Source: an uncultured Candidatus Binatia bacterium (GTDB taxonomy: Bacteria > Desulfobacterota > Binatia > UBA9968 > JAJDTQ01). Taken from it: 64,000 nt of DNA. Of the stretch, positions 10,198-20,750 are shown in pieces (within the stretch, counting starts at the first letter, position 1; the number at the start of each line of letters is the position of its first letter). The stretch spans positions 704,001 through 768,000 of the forward strand of contig OZ219754.1 of the NCBI GenBank assembly GCA_964291295.2, given 5' to 3'. The position numbers were made by a program, and so were the translations under genes. The notes beneath the pieces are model-generated. The model was not told the origin of the DNA. It worked only from the letters and a program-made list of their open reading frames with translations, and did no database searches.

Positions 10198-10568
10198 GCT
10201 GCAGACAGGAAGGTACGCCGAAGGACGCTATCGTGACGTGGTTGCTGGGGAGACAGGTCCTGATTTCCGGCCAGAATGCGGGGAAACGCCTGGTTTCCAG
10301 TACCTTGCCCGGAAGCACCCAGGCTGCCTCGATTCCTCCTCGCTCACGGGTCCCTCAATGCTCGGGACACGACTGCACCATGAGCGACGGTTCCGGTCAT
10401 CAGGGTTTCACGATGGACTGGTCTGACATGACTTCGCCCCCAAGCGCCATGCGGTCCCCCGGGCCGCCGACTCGCAGATCGGTTCCGCTGAAACGAACGG
10501 GGGTGGGGAAACACCGGTGAGGGTGGCCTGTTGCCGAGACCTCCTCCACGGAACCGGACGTGCCCGCA

Positions 10569-11216
10569 TCAGGGCATCCGGTCACCGTAAAATGCTGACT
10601 GGAAAACCGGACCTGCTGACACATACCCGACGACGCCCTTCTGTTCGGAGCCGCCGAACTGCCCGAGGCCGCTGAAGGTTCTCGACACTCGGTCTCTGTT
10701 TTCGCTCGGAACGGACAAGGTCACGCGTGGCGCAAATCTGCCATCCGTGACGGAAGCGCGGGGGAAAGATACCGAGGAGGCCATGCCTTGAATATCTATT
10801 TCGGAATAAACAAGTGTCGCAAAGACGTCGTTCCCAGCTATGGTCACGTTGATTCTTGCGCTCCCGCTGTCTTGCCTATCAAGATAGCCGTTGAGCGAAT
10901 ACCGGCCATACCAGTTCCCCGACCAGACTCCCGTAACTGTGGGCTGGTGGTTCGGTGAAGAAGCCGTGATCGTCGGATTGCCGTCTCGGTCAAACAGAAC
11001 TCTCAATGCGTATTCTGAATGTTCAAATCCTACAGCATTACCGCCTCCCGATATAACACCCCACTCTCCCAAATCGTCCATGCTGATACCGGTGCTGGGA
11101 CTGCCACCGCCACTGCCACCGCCACCGCCACCGCAACTCCCAATCATCAAGCTCATCACCAGAATGACTGAGAGCCAAGCGCGATTCTCTGCAACTGAGA
11201 ATACCGTATATGTCAT
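10569..11216 (-). CDS. Surface lipoprotein with Gly/Ser linker and a TbpB-like beta-barrel
   Basis: Lipobox IGS-C then GGGGGGSGGGSPS; beta-rich body ending GQFGG...GVVGYV...AFYGDR; visibly lower GC than flanks. Confidence 0.65.
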   Translation of the reverse strand: MTYTVFSVAENRAWLSVILVMSLMIGSCGGGGGGSGGGSPSTGISMDDLGEWGVISGGGNAVGFEHSEYALRVLFDRDGNPTITASSPNHQPTVTGVWSGNWYGRYSLNGYLDRQDSGSARINVTIAGNDVFATLVYSEIDIQGMASSVSFPRASVTDGRFAPRVTLSVPSENRDRVSRTFSGLGQFGGSEQKGVVGYVSAGPVFQSAFYGDRMP

Positions 11217-11349
11217 GGAAACTCCCTCTTGTTGTTAACGGACAAGCCGCAAGTGGAGAAAGTGAATGCGGAAGACATACGGAAATGACCACCGTCATGG
11301 CGGAGAACGGGTTCTCGCCGGGAGTCGTGTCCCGGTCGTCCGACGTGAA

Positions 11350-11430
11350 GGAGCTTCGGTCCTGAAGCAACGGTGCCCGATGGCGCCGTTGCGGCGGGGG
11401 CGTACAAGGGTCGCAAGCGCGAGGCACTCA
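11350..11430 (+). pseudogene. Possible serine recombinase (resolvase) C-terminal remnant
   Basis: GAVAAGAYKGRKR resembles the resolvase GxxxAkxxGxYkGRK motif; very degraded. Confidence 0.35.
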
Positions 11431-11669
11431 TGTTCCGGCCGAACGACCGCGGCAGACTGCGCATCGCAACTTCGCCCAGCGTCTCCGTCATGCCTTCACC
11501 CTCCCGTACCGCAGGCCCGCCGCAACGTCGATGGCAGCCCGACGACGGCAGCCGTGCCGCTGCCAGATAGTCAAATAGGCCGGACTGAAGCCGGATGCAA
11601 GCACCCGGGATGGATGGACCGATTTCCTGCTGCGGGCGGCACAGCGCCCGCACGGGCGCCCTCGCCCTT

Positions 11670-11885
11670 CAGTTTCCACCCGACCGCGGCGGCCACCGGT
11701 TGGGCGGCCTGGCCGAGAGTGGCGTCGTCGAGACCGACGTAGCGGTGGGTGTTGGAAGCCCGGCAATGCCCGATCAGGCGTCCGGCCTGTGCATGCTCTC
11801 GCCGCTCATCACCGCGTGCGCGGTGTGTGCATGGCGCAGGTCGTGGAGCCGTGCATCGGCCACGATCCCGGCGGCGGCGCGCACG
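11670..11885 (-). pseudogene. Tyrosine recombinase/integrase C-terminal remnant (frameshifted)
   Basis: DARLHDLRHAHTAHAVMSGE in one frame, GRLIGHCRASNTHRYVGLDDATLGQAA in another (HxLR...LGH...Y box II). Confidence 0.8.
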
Positions 11886-12270
11886 ACCTTTTTGGAGGCG
11901 CGTGGAACGACACCCTGGTCGCGAATCAGCGGGGGGACTCGTTCCACGGCCTTCTCTTCGGTGGCTCCGGCCGCGACACCCTGGTAGCGGGCCGGGTCGA
12001 TCCAAACCGCCGGGTGGACGACGGCACCGGCGCGATGACCGACGGGACGAAGGGCACGGGGCCGAACCACGGCATTGAGGGGGACCTCTTCCATGGCGGT
12101 GAGGGGGAAGACACCTTCGTCCTGAACCCCGGCAGTCATGTCCATATCGATGACTACGAGCGCGTCATCCAGCAGCAGGGCGGCGCATGGAGTACCCGTG
12201 ACTTCATATATGTGACCGGTCTCAGGGTGAAGATATCGATGTCGTCCACCATCTCGAATGAGGCGGGTTG
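11885..12270 (+). pseudogene. RTX/hemolysin-type calcium-binding repeat protein fragment
   Basis: LFGGAWNDTL, LFGGSGRDTL, FHGGEGEDTFV nonapeptides with no credible start. Confidence 0.6.
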
Positions 12271-12454
12271 GTGCCTGACCGGATTTCGGATTGCAGGCCA
12301 TGTTCGCTGCGGTCGTATCCCTCCCTTGCTTATGGACAGGCGGGCGGATAGCGTAGTCAAGAGTTCGGCGCCACCGTTCCGGGACACCAGCGCCACGACA
12401 GGGGAAATTCCCGTGCCCTCGTTGACCGGCCTGACCGCATGTCCCGGCGCCGCA

Positions 12455-12669
12455 AACAGTCCCCGGAACAGGGGTTCGTGACAGGCAAACAACGATCCCA
12501 GCGTGTCGAGCAGCACGCTCTTGCCGAAGCGGCGCGGACGGGACAGGAAATAGTTGTCACTCTGCTCGACCAGGTTCCGGATGAGCGGGGTCTTGTCGAC
12601 ATAGTAGCTGCCGGTCTCCCGGAGGCGCCGGAAGTTCTGGATCCCGATCGGAAGGCGGCGGCGGGTCAT
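12455..12669 (-). pseudogene. N-terminal fragment of an AAA-ATPase-like (PD-(D/E)XK nuclease-associated) protein
   Basis: RRLPIGIQNF...YYVDKT...FLSRPRRFGKS...LFRGL; the family signal is lost after about 70 aa. Confidence 0.85.
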
Positions 12670-13017
12670 CGGTCTCTCCCCTTGCGGCGCCGGCACATGC
12701 GGCCAAGCGGGATGTGCGGGACTTCTCCTTTCGTGGCTCCGAATGTCCCGGAACGGGCGCGTCGAACGCACGGCCACGCTATCCGCCTGCCTGTCCCTTC
12801 CAGTACCGGCGCGACGGCCGACCCCACGCTCTGCGGATCGATATCATCTCGATCGGGATTCAAATCCCCAATGCGTGCGGTCTCGCGCCCGGCGATGCGT
12901 TTTGCGGTTTCCTCACTCATGCACACCTCTACGGTCACGCAGGACTCTTCGGGGCTGCCCGGATGGACGGTCCAGCGTTGTCCTCCCGCATTCTCGACTG
13001 TCGCCATCCCGAACCGA

Positions 13018-13065
13018 TCCTGTTCCAGCTTCTGCATAACGTCCTGTTCCGGCCTTTGCATAACG
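13018..13065. repeat. Imperfect 24-bp tandem duplication TCCTGTTCCRGCYTYTGCATAACG
   Basis: Two adjacent copies read directly. Confidence 0.7.
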
Positions 13066-13522
13066 TAAGGCAAGGGCTCCGGAAGGGTCAATCGGAGCGT
13101 AGCATGAGACGAGAACGGGTAGACGATTCATCCCCGCGCGAGCAGGGAACCCGGCAGGCAAGGACGGAGCGCTCATCCGGGTGCCGGCATGAGTGTACGA
13201 ACATGCTCGCGTATGGCCGTGACGTCGTCCTTTCGTCCCTCTGCGATCATGTCCCGAGTGAGCACCGGAGCGGCAAACAGCGGGGCCCTTGCGACCTGAA
13301 TCCGGGTATCGGCGCCGAAGAGTTTCCGTCGGTCGAGAGCTTCGATGGCGAGTCCGACGAGGAGCGGGTTGGCGCTCCGGGCGCCGCCTGTTCCAACAAG
13401 AAGATGAGCCTGTGCAGAGTGCGGCGGCTTCCACGGGCGGGGTTCGGACCTGCCCGTGGATGTGGCCCGGTGCGGCGGCGCGTGGTAGAGTCGCCGCATC
13501 ACGCTTGAGGGAGAACCATGCC

Positions 13523-14845
13523 ATGGCCAGGACACTGAAGACCGCCCACACTTGGGAGCCGCCTGCCAGTCTTTCCAGGGACGAGCTGGTCCGGATATCC
13601 GACGAGGTCCTGTCGGAGCCCGACATCCCCTACACCGAAACCGAGGAGGTGTTCCGCATCCACGCCAACGGCATGGACTGGGACATCGGCTGCATGGTGT
13701 ACGAGCCCAGGGACGCGGCCCGGATCCCCACCGGGCCGGATGGCCACAAGCTCGGTATCTTCATGACTCACGGCGGTGCCAGCGACTGGCGCTCCATCGA
13801 GCGGCTGGCCCGGTGCTTCACCGGGAAGCGGGGCTACAAGGTGTGCAGCATGACCTACCCCGGCCGCCTCTATCTGCCGGACCCAAGCCGTGACTGGCCC
13901 GACGACACCATTCACGAAGACGGCAGCGTGCGCACCCCCATATGGCTCGACGGCGAGTTCATCGGCAGAGACGAGTACGAAGTGGTCCACGACGCCTCGT
14001 TGCGGGAAGTCTACGGCTCCCGCTCCTACGCGCGGGCAAAAACGGGCAGCAACTTCTACTACCGGATGGCGGCTTGGCCGGTGGCCTTCGAAGAAGGGAT
14101 GCTGGACATCTGCCGCCGACACCTGCCGGTGGGCGAGTACTCGGTGTTCACCCACGGCCACTCCACCGGCGGCCCCTTCAGCCACTACCTGCTGCAGCGC
14201 ATCGAGAACGGCAAGGGGCTCATGGGTATCGAAAACTCGCCCTTCGCCTTCATCTTCCGCAAGATGAGCGGCCACGACTGGCCGACCCCGTTCGACCACG
14301 TGCTGATCCGGACCTGGCGCGAACTGGCGCGCTACAAGGGCGCCGAGGTGGCGATGCAGGAAGGCGACCGCCCGCTGTACCGGCTGGCCTGGCTGATGGA
14401 GGAGATATTCGAGATGTGGGAGCAGGCCCGGCGCTTCCCGCAGTTCAAGGCCGAGAACTGGCTCCACAGCGACAGCCACCCGTGCCTCACCCAGGCCGCC
14501 AGGGTGACGGCCGAGCGCCTGAAGATGAACGCCGAGGAGACCCAGGCCCTGGTGGACCGCTATCTGGGCTACGGGCGCCCGCTTCCGGGTGCCGACGCCA
14601 GGCCCGTCCCGCCGCTCCTCTACGGCATCAACCGGTTCAGCCGGGATCACACGCCCCCGAAGTACGACAACATCGTCAAGGCCGCGTACGCCGCCATGGA
14701 CCCCGCCCCCAAGGTGCGCGTCATCGAGATCGGCACCGGCGTCCATTCCTACTGGAAGACCGAGGAAGGCCTGCCCCTGGGCGTCTGCCCTGTGGTCACC
14801 CGGATCTGGCACGACGCCGTCATGAACGGGTACTACGAGGCGTGA
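13523..14845 (+). CDS. Conserved hypothetical protein, probable alpha/beta-hydrolase fold
   Basis: HGGASD, GHSTGG nucleophile elbow, C-terminal GVHSYW; GAGGGAG upstream. Confidence 0.7.
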   Translation: MARTLKTAHTWEPPASLSRDELVRISDEVLSEPDIPYTETEEVFRIHANGMDWDIGCMVYEPRDAARIPTGPDGHKLGIFMTHGGASDWRSIERLARCFTGKRGYKVCSMTYPGRLYLPDPSRDWPDDTIHEDGSVRTPIWLDGEFIGRDEYEVVHDASLREVYGSRSYARAKTGSNFYYRMAAWPVAFEEGMLDICRRHLPVGEYSVFTHGHSTGGPFSHYLLQRIENGKGLMGIENSPFAFIFRKMSGHDWPTPFDHVLIRTWRELARYKGAEVAMQEGDRPLYRLAWLMEEIFEMWEQARRFPQFKAENWLHSDSHPCLTQAARVTAERLKMNAEETQALVDRYLGYGRPLPGADARPVPPLLYGINRFSRDHTPPKYDNIVKAAYAAMDPAPKVRVIEIGTGVHSYWKTEEGLPLGVCPVVTRIWHDAVMNGYYEA

Positions 14846-14857
14846 CGACACACCCGC

Positions 14858-17308
14858 TCATCCGAGCGGAACCCGGCCGAGGCGGAGAGCGTTTCCGATC
14901 ACCGAGATGGACGAAAGGCTCATGGCGGCGGCGGCGACCATGGGCGAGAGCAGCACGCCGAACACCGGGTAGAAGGCCCCGGCCGCGATAGCCACACCCG
15001 CCACGTTGTAGACGAAGGCGAAGAACAGGTTCTGCCGGATATTGCCCAAGGTGGCCCGGGCGAGCCGCCGGGCGCGGACGATCCCCATGAGGTCGCCGCG
15101 CACCAGCGTGACACCCGCGCTGCGGATGGCGACGTCCGCACCGGTGCCCATGGCGATGCCGGTATCGGCGGCGGCGAGCGCCGGCGCATCGTTGATGCCG
15201 TCGCCGGCCATGGCGACGTGCTGGCCGCGGCCCTGCAACTCGACGACGAGGTCCCGCTTGTGCTCCGGCGCCGTTTCCGCGCGCCAGTCTTCGATACCGA
15301 GTTCCCGGGCCACCGCCCGCGCGGTCCGCCGGCTGTCTCCCGTCATCATGACGAGGCGAAGCCCCGAGCGGCGAAGCATCTCGACGGCGTCGGGGGTGGT
15401 GGCCTTGATGGGGTCCGCCGTCGCCACCAGGCCCTGGACGATGCCGTCCACGGCAACGAACATCGTCGTCCTCCCCGCCTCCTGAAGGCCCTCGGCGGCG
15501 CCCGCGACCTTGCCGGGATCGACGTCGAGTTGCCGCATCATCGCGAGATTGCCGAGGGCGACGGCGCGGCCGGCCACACGGCCGCGGACGCCCCTGCCCG
15601 GCAGTGCCTCGAACCCGGTGACTTCCCGGAGCACCACGCCGCGCGCGTCGGCACCGGCCAGAATCGCGGCCGCCAAGGGGTGCTCCGAACCGCGTTCGAG
15701 GGAGGCGGCCAGGGCCAGGAGCTCCCCCTCGGTCATGCCGCCCTCCGCGGCGACCACGTCGGTCAGTTCGGGTCGCCCCCGGGTCAGGGTGCCGGTCTTG
15801 TCGACCACGAGCACATCCACCCGCGCCAGTCTCTCCAGCTCTCCCGCATCGCGCACCAGCACTCCCGACCGGGCACCGCGCCCGGTGGCCACCATGATCG
15901 ACATGGGCGTGGCGAGGCCGAGTGCGCACGGGCAGGCGATGACGAGCACGCTGACCGCCGCCACCACGGCGTGGGCGAGGGCCGGCTCGGGACCGAAGCT
16001 CAGCCAGGCGACGAAGGCCACCGCGGACACGGCCACCACCGCGGGGACAAACCCGTTGGCGACGCGGTCCACCAAGGCCTGGACCGGGGCGCGGCTGCGC
16101 TGGGCGGCGGCCACCATCTCGACGATGCGCGCGAGCACCGTGTCGGCGCCCACCCCCTGGGCGCGCATGACGAACGATCCCGCCTGATTGAGGGTGCCGC
16201 CGGTAACCGCGTCGCCCGCGCCCTTTTCCACCGGTACCGGCTCGCCCGTGAGCAGTCTCTCATCCACCGCCGAACGTCCCTCCAGGACGACGCCGTCCAC
16301 CGGCACGCTCTCTCCGGGCCGAACCAGCAGGCGGTCGCCGACCTGGATGGCGTCCAGCGGCACGTCCGCGTCTCCCTCATCGGTCACCCGCCGCGCCGAT
16401 TTCGGCGCCAGATCGAGAAGCGCCCGGATCGCCCCGCCGGTGCGCTCGCGTGCCATGAGCTCGAACACCTGGCCGACCAGCACCAGGATGAGGATCACCG
16501 CGGCCGCCTCGAAGTAGACGGGAGGCAGGCCATGCGGCCCGCGCACCGCTTCCGGAAAGAGGGACGGTGCCAGGACGGCCGCGACGCTGAAGACATAGGA
16601 CGCACCCGCGCCGAGGGCGATCAGCGTCCACATGTTGGGACTGCGGTTGACCACCGAAGCCCAGCCGCGCCTGAAGAACGGCAGCGCGACCCACGCCACC
16701 ACCGGGGTCGCCATCACGAACTGGAGCCAGACGTGCAGGCGCGGCCCGAGCCATTCGGCCAAGGGCAGGCCGAGATGGCTGCCCATCTCCAGGATGAGGG
16801 TTGCGAGGCCCAGCGGCGCGCCGATGCGGAGACGCCGCCGGAAGTCCACCAGCTCGGGATTGGGGCCGGCATCGGCGGCGGGCGTCATGGGTTCGAGCGC
16901 CATGCCACAGATCGGGCAGTCTGCCGGGGCATCGCGCACCACCTCCGGGTCCATCGGGCAGGTATACCGCACGCCTTCGGCCACCGGCCCGGGTTCCGGG
17001 CGCGTGCCGGCCGGATCCTGCTGCGACGCCTCGAAGCGAGCCTTGCACCCCTCGGAACAGAAGTAGAACCGCTCACCGTCGCGCCGGGCCATGTGCCGCG
17101 CGGTGGCGCGCCGGACCGTCATCCCGCACACCGGATCCCGGGCCTCGATGTAGTCGCCGGGTGCCGCCGCGAACTTGCGCAGACACGGCTCGCGACAGAA
17201 ATGGTATCGGTGTCCCCGATGTTCCAGCGAGGGCTTGCCGGCGGCGGGCGACACCTCCATCCCGCACACCGGATCTCTGGTGATGGTGTCGTCAGGCGTG
17301 TGCATCAA
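14858..17308 (-). CDS. copA: Cu(+)/Ag(+)-translocating P1B-type ATPase with two YHS/TRASH domains and a heavy-metal binding domain
   Basis: DPVCGM x2, YTCPMDPE...[41 protein letters not shown]...MSLSS. Confidence 0.92.
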   Translation of the reverse strand: MMHTPDDTITRDPVCGMEVSPAAGKPSLEHRGHRYHFCREPCLRKFAAAPGDYIEARDPVCGMTVRRATARHMARRDGERFYFCSEGCKARFEASQQDPAGTRPEPGPVAEGVRYTCPMDPEVVRDAPADCPICGMALEPMTPAADAGPNPELVDFRRRLRIGAPLGLATLILEMGSHLGLPLAEWLGPRLHVWLQFVMATPVVAWVALPFFRRGWASVVNRSPNMWTLIALGAGASYVFSVAAVLAPSLFPEAVRGPHGLPPVYFEAAAVILILVLVGQVFELMARERTGGAIRALLDLAPKSARRVTDEGDADVPLDAIQVGDRLLVRPGESVPVDGVVLEGRSAVDERLLTGEPVPVEKGAGDAVTGGTLNQAGSFVMRAQGVGADTVLARIVEMVAAAQRSRAPVQALVDRVANGFVPAVVAVSAVAFVAWLSFGPEPALAHAVVAAVSVLVIACPCALGLATPMSIMVATGRGARSGVLVRDAGELERLARVDVLVVDKTGTLTRGRPELTDVVAAEGGMTEGELLALAASLERGSEHPLAAAILAGADARGVVLREVTGFEALPGRGVRGRVAGRAVALGNLAMMRQLDVDPGKVAGAAEGLQEAGRTTMFVAVDGIVQGLVATADPIKATTPDAVEMLRRSGLRLVMMTGDSRRTARAVARELGIEDWRAETAPEHKRDLVVELQGRGQHVAMAGDGINDAPALAAADTGIAMGTGADVAIRSAGVTLVRGDLMGIVRARRLARATLGNIRQNLFFAFVYNVAGVAIAAGAFYPVFGVLLSPMVAAAAMSLSSISVIGNALRLGRVPLG

Positions 17309-17317
17309 GCATTGTCC

Positions 17318-18301
17318 TCAAGGCGTTGTCCTCAACATGGGGTCCCCGCGCGGTTTGTCAAGTGAACGCCTGGGGGCGCGAGGACCGGTACGACGGCGGC
17401 TCTCCACGCCACCGGTCGGCGGCGCCAGCAACTCCGCAAGCATGCGAAATTCGTGCCCCCGCGGCGAACTCGGCCGCCAGGCCAGACCGAGGGTGCGGCC
17501 GGGCCCGGGCTTTCGGAAGGGGCGGGTGACGATGGACGAGGGAGCGCGGCATTCCACGTCCAGGGCAAGCTGCGGCAGCAGGGTGATGCCGATGCCACCC
17601 GCCACCATCTGCACCAGCGTATTCAGGCTGCCGGCGCGGAAATCCCCCACCTCGCCGGCGCCGGCGGTCCGACACACGTCCAGGGCCTGCTCTCGCAGAC
17701 AGTGACCGTCATCCAGCAGCAACACCTGCTCTCCGGCGAGGTCGGCTTCTGTCACGCGCCGGCGGCCGGCGAAGCGGTGACCGCCGGGCACCGCCACCAC
17801 GAAGGGGTCCGCGGCCAGCGGCAGCGCCACGACGTCGCCCAGGTCCACCTCCAGGGCCAGCAACAGCAGGTCCAGCGTCCCGTCCCCCAGCCGCGCCAGC
17901 AGCCGGGAGGTGAGATCCTCGTGCAGCAGGATACGCAACTCCGGGTAGCGCGCGCGGATGGCCGGCAGCGCCCCGGGCAGCAGGTACGGCGCCACCGTGG
18001 GAATGACCCCCAGCCGCAGCACGCCGGAGAGCGGCCGGGTCAGGCTGCGGGCCGTCTCCACCAGCTCTCCCGCCTGTGCCAGGATGCCGCGAGCCAGGGG
18101 CAGCAGCCTTTCCCCCGCCGGCGTGAGCAGAACCTTGCGCCGGCCGCGTTCGAGGAGTTGCACGTCCAGCATTCTCTCCAGTTCCCTGAACTGAGCGCTC
18201 AAGCCGGGCTGGGTCACGAAGCAGGCCGCGGCCGCAGCCCGGAAGCTCAAGCGCTCGGCGGCCGCAACGAAGTATTCGAGTTGTCGCAGGGTTATGTCCA
18301 T
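17318..18301 (-). CDS. oxyR: Hydrogen peroxide-inducible LysR regulator
   Basis: LysR HTH (ACFVTQP), GVIPTVAPY, DGHCLREQALDVC with both redox cysteines; divergent from catalase. Confidence 0.92.
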   Translation of the reverse strand: MDITLRQLEYFVAAAERLSFRAAAAACFVTQPGLSAQFRELERMLDVQLLERGRRKVLLTPAGERLLPLARGILAQAGELVETARSLTRPLSGVLRLGVIPTVAPYLLPGALPAIRARYPELRILLHEDLTSRLLARLGDGTLDLLLLALEVDLGDVVALPLAADPFVVAVPGGHRFAGRRRVTEADLAGEQVLLLDDGHCLREQALDVCRTAGAGEVGDFRAGSLNTLVQMVAGGIGITLLPQLALDVECRAPSSIVTRPFRKPGPGRTLGLAWRPSSPRGHEFRMLAELLAPPTGGVESRRRTGPRAPRRSLDKPRGDPMLRTTP

Positions 18302-18372
18302 GACCTCTCCCTGGCAATCTCCATGACCGTCTTCATGGCGGTTTCCCCGGCGATCTCCATGACACCCCAATG

Positions 18373-18410
18373 ATAATTCATGGTTATGATAACGACAATT
18401 ATTTTCAAAT
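18373..18410. promoter_or_regulatory. Putative OxyR-binding site in the AT-rich oxyR-katA intergenic region
   Basis: ATAA-N7-TTAT-N7-ACAA-N7-CAAA follows the spacing of the OxyR consensus ATAG-N7-CTAT-N7-ATAG-N7-CTAT. Confidence 0.6.
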
Positions 18411-18480
18411 TTACTTATTGATTTTTTTCCTTATATTCAAAAGGAGAACAAGAGTTGATTCAGGAGAAAGGAGAGCAGCC

Positions 18481-19941
18481 ATGTCCCGCAAACAACCGTG
18501 TCCGGTGTTGACCACCAGCGCGGGCGCGCCGGTTTCGGACAACCAGAACGCCCTCACGGCCGGAGAACGCGGCCCGATCCTGCTGCAGGACCATCCGTTG
18601 ATCGAGAAGCTGGCACACCAGAACCGCGAGCGCATCCCCGAGCGGGTGGTGCACGCCAAGGGCTGGGGAGCGTACGGGAGCTTCACCGTCCACCACGACA
18701 TCTCCCGCTACACCCGGGCCAGAGTCCTCCAGCCGGAGGCCCGATGCGAGGTGCTGGTACGCTTCTCCACCGTGGCCGGAGAGCTCGGCGCGGCGGATGC
18801 GGAGCGCGACGTGCGCGGGTTCGCGGTCAAGTTCTACACCGAGGAGGGCAACTGGGATCTGGTGGGGAACAACACGCCGGTGTTCTTCATCCGCGATCCC
18901 TACAAGTTCCCGGACTTCATCCGCACCCAGAAGCGCCATCCCAGGACGAACCTGAGGAGCCCGGTGGCCATGTGGGATTTCTGGTCCCAGTCGCCGGAGT
19001 CGCTGCACCAGATCACCATCCTCATGTCCGACCGCGGCTGCCCCACGGCGCCCATGTACATGAACGGCTACGGCTCGCACACCTTCAGTTTCGTCAACGC
19101 GGAGAACCAGCGCTTCTGGGTCAAGTTCCACTTCAAGACCCGGCAGGGACACCGGCACCACACCGACGAGGAAAGCGCGGCGGTCATCGGCCGGACCCGG
19201 GAGTCCTTCCAGGAGGCCCTGTTCGGCGCCATCGAGAGGGGCGAGCACCCGCAGTGGGACCTCAAGGTACAGATCATGCCGGAAGTCGAGGCGGAAAGGA
19301 CTCCCTACAATCCGTTCGACCTCACCAAGGTTTGGCCCCACGGGGACTACCCGCTGATCCCCGTCGGCCTGCTGGAACTCGACCGCAACCCGGAGAACTA
19401 CTTCGCCGAGGTGGAACAGGCGGCCTTCTCCCCCTCGAACATCGTGCCCGGTATCGGCTTCTCGCCGGACAAGGTGCTGCAGGCGCGCATCTTCGCCTAC
19501 GCCGACGCGCACCGGTACCGGCTGGGCACGCACTACGAGGCGCTTCCCGTGAACGCGCCCCGGTGCCCGGTACGTCACTACCACAAGGACGGCCCCATGC
19601 GGTTCTTCGGGCCCCGGCACGACAACCCCGACGCCTACTACGAGCCCAACAGCTTCGACGGCCCGGTCCAGGACGAGAGCTGCGCGGAACCGCCGCTCAG
19701 GATCTCGGGCGACGCCTCCCGCTACGACCACCGGCAAGGCAACGACGACTACACCCAAGCCGGGAATCTGTTCCGGCTGTTCGACGACGACCAGAAGCGG
19801 CGCCTTTTCGGCAACATCGCCGCCGCCCTGCGCGGTGTCCCGCACCGGATCGTCGAAAAGCAGCTCGGGCACTTCGCCAAGGCCGACCCGGCCTATGCGG
19901 ACGGCGTGCGGAACGCCCTGGAGCAGCCCGGCGCGGCGTGA
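18481..19941 (+). CDS. katA: Monofunctional heme catalase
   Basis: [47 protein letters not shown]. Confidence 0.96.
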   Translation: MSRKQPCPVLTTSAGAPVSDNQNALTAGERGPILLQDHPLIEKLAHQNRERIPERVVHAKGWGAYGSFTVHHDISRYTRARVLQPEARCEVLVRFSTVAGELGAADAERDVRGFAVKFYTEEGNWDLVGNNTPVFFIRDPYKFPDFIRTQKRHPRTNLRSPVAMWDFWSQSPESLHQITILMSDRGCPTAPMYMNGYGSHTFSFVNAENQRFWVKFHFKTRQGHRHHTDEESAAVIGRTRESFQEALFGAIERGEHPQWDLKVQIMPEVEAERTPYNPFDLTKVWPHGDYPLIPVGLLELDRNPENYFAEVEQAAFSPSNIVPGIGFSPDKVLQARIFAYADAHRYRLGTHYEALPVNAPRCPVRHYHKDGPMRFFGPRHDNPDAYYEPNSFDGPVQDESCAEPPLRISGDASRYDHRQGNDDYTQAGNLFRLFDDDQKRRLFGNIAAALRGVPHRIVEKQLGHFAKADPAYADGVRNALEQPGAA

Positions 19942-20003
19942 GGAGATCTGAAGCCCGCCGCCTGTCCTTCCCGCTCTTGCGGGGAGGACAGGCGGTACCC
20001 GTG

Positions 20004-20750
20004 TCATTGCGAGCCGCCATCCAGGGCGGCCAGCCGCGCCACCGCCTGCTCGTGATATAAACTCTCGACGGCATCCCGGGAGGGTTTCCCGACGGCACGC
20101 TGGAGCAGCCGGCGCGCCTTCTCCCGGTTACGCTCCCGGTCCAACAGCAACAATCCGAAGGCATATTCGACACAGATCGCCTTGGCGTCGGGCTGGAGTT
20201 CGAAGGCCCGTTCATAGTGGCGCCGGGCCTCCCTTGCCGCCGCTCCGTAAAGACCTCCGATCACCGCGCCCGAGGCGCCGACGATGCGCGCGTGCCAGGT
20301 TGCCATGCTCAGATGAGCGATGGCGTTGTCTGGGTCCAGCCGCAACGCCTCCTCGATGGCTTCCCGCACCTTCGCGGCATACCCGCCGGCCGCCGCCTGC
20401 AGGACGCCGATGGACTCGGCATAGCGGCCGGTGGCGTGCGCCAACTGGATGTACGCTTCCGGATTGGCTGGATCGAGCCGTACCGCCTCTTGCGCCAACG
20501 CCACGGCCCGATCGAACAACCCCTTCCTCTCGCCGGCGCCGGCGAGGAAGTAGCCTTGAATCGCCAAGGCTTGCGCCGCCAGCGCATGGCCCTCCGAGGT
20601 CTTGAGGGCCGCGCCCAGTTCGGCCGCCTCGATGAACCGCCCCTCGTCGTACACCGCCCGCACCTCCTCCACCGTCCAGGCACCGCCGGCACCCGACAGC
20701 AGCAACGCGCTGATCACCACCAAGCCACCCTGCAATGCAGCTTTCGTCAT
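20004..20750 (-). CDS. Secreted tetratricopeptide-repeat protein
   Basis: Signal peptide; TPR-like helices (EAVRLDPANPEAY, EALRLDPDNAIAH, AFELQPD); ATGA overlap with the upstream gene. Confidence 0.75.
   Translation of the reverse strand: MTKAALQGGLVVISALLLSGAGGAWTVEEVRAVYDEGRFIEAAELGAALKTSEGHALAAQALAIQGYFLAGAGERKGLFDRAVALAQEAVRLDPANPEAYIQLAHATGRYAESIGVLQAAAGGYAAKVREAIEEALRLDPDNAIAHLSMATWHARIVGASGAVIGGLYGAAAREARRHYERAFELQPDAKAICVEYAFGLLLLDRERNREKARRLLQRAVGKPSRDAVESLYHEQAVARLAALDGGSQ

Noticed and set aside
12666-13535. Two same-frame ORFs separated by two TGA codons (selenocysteine or recoding idea)
   Set aside because: They lie in a decayed region, show no SECIS-like hairpin or redox motif, and all other genes use TGA as stop
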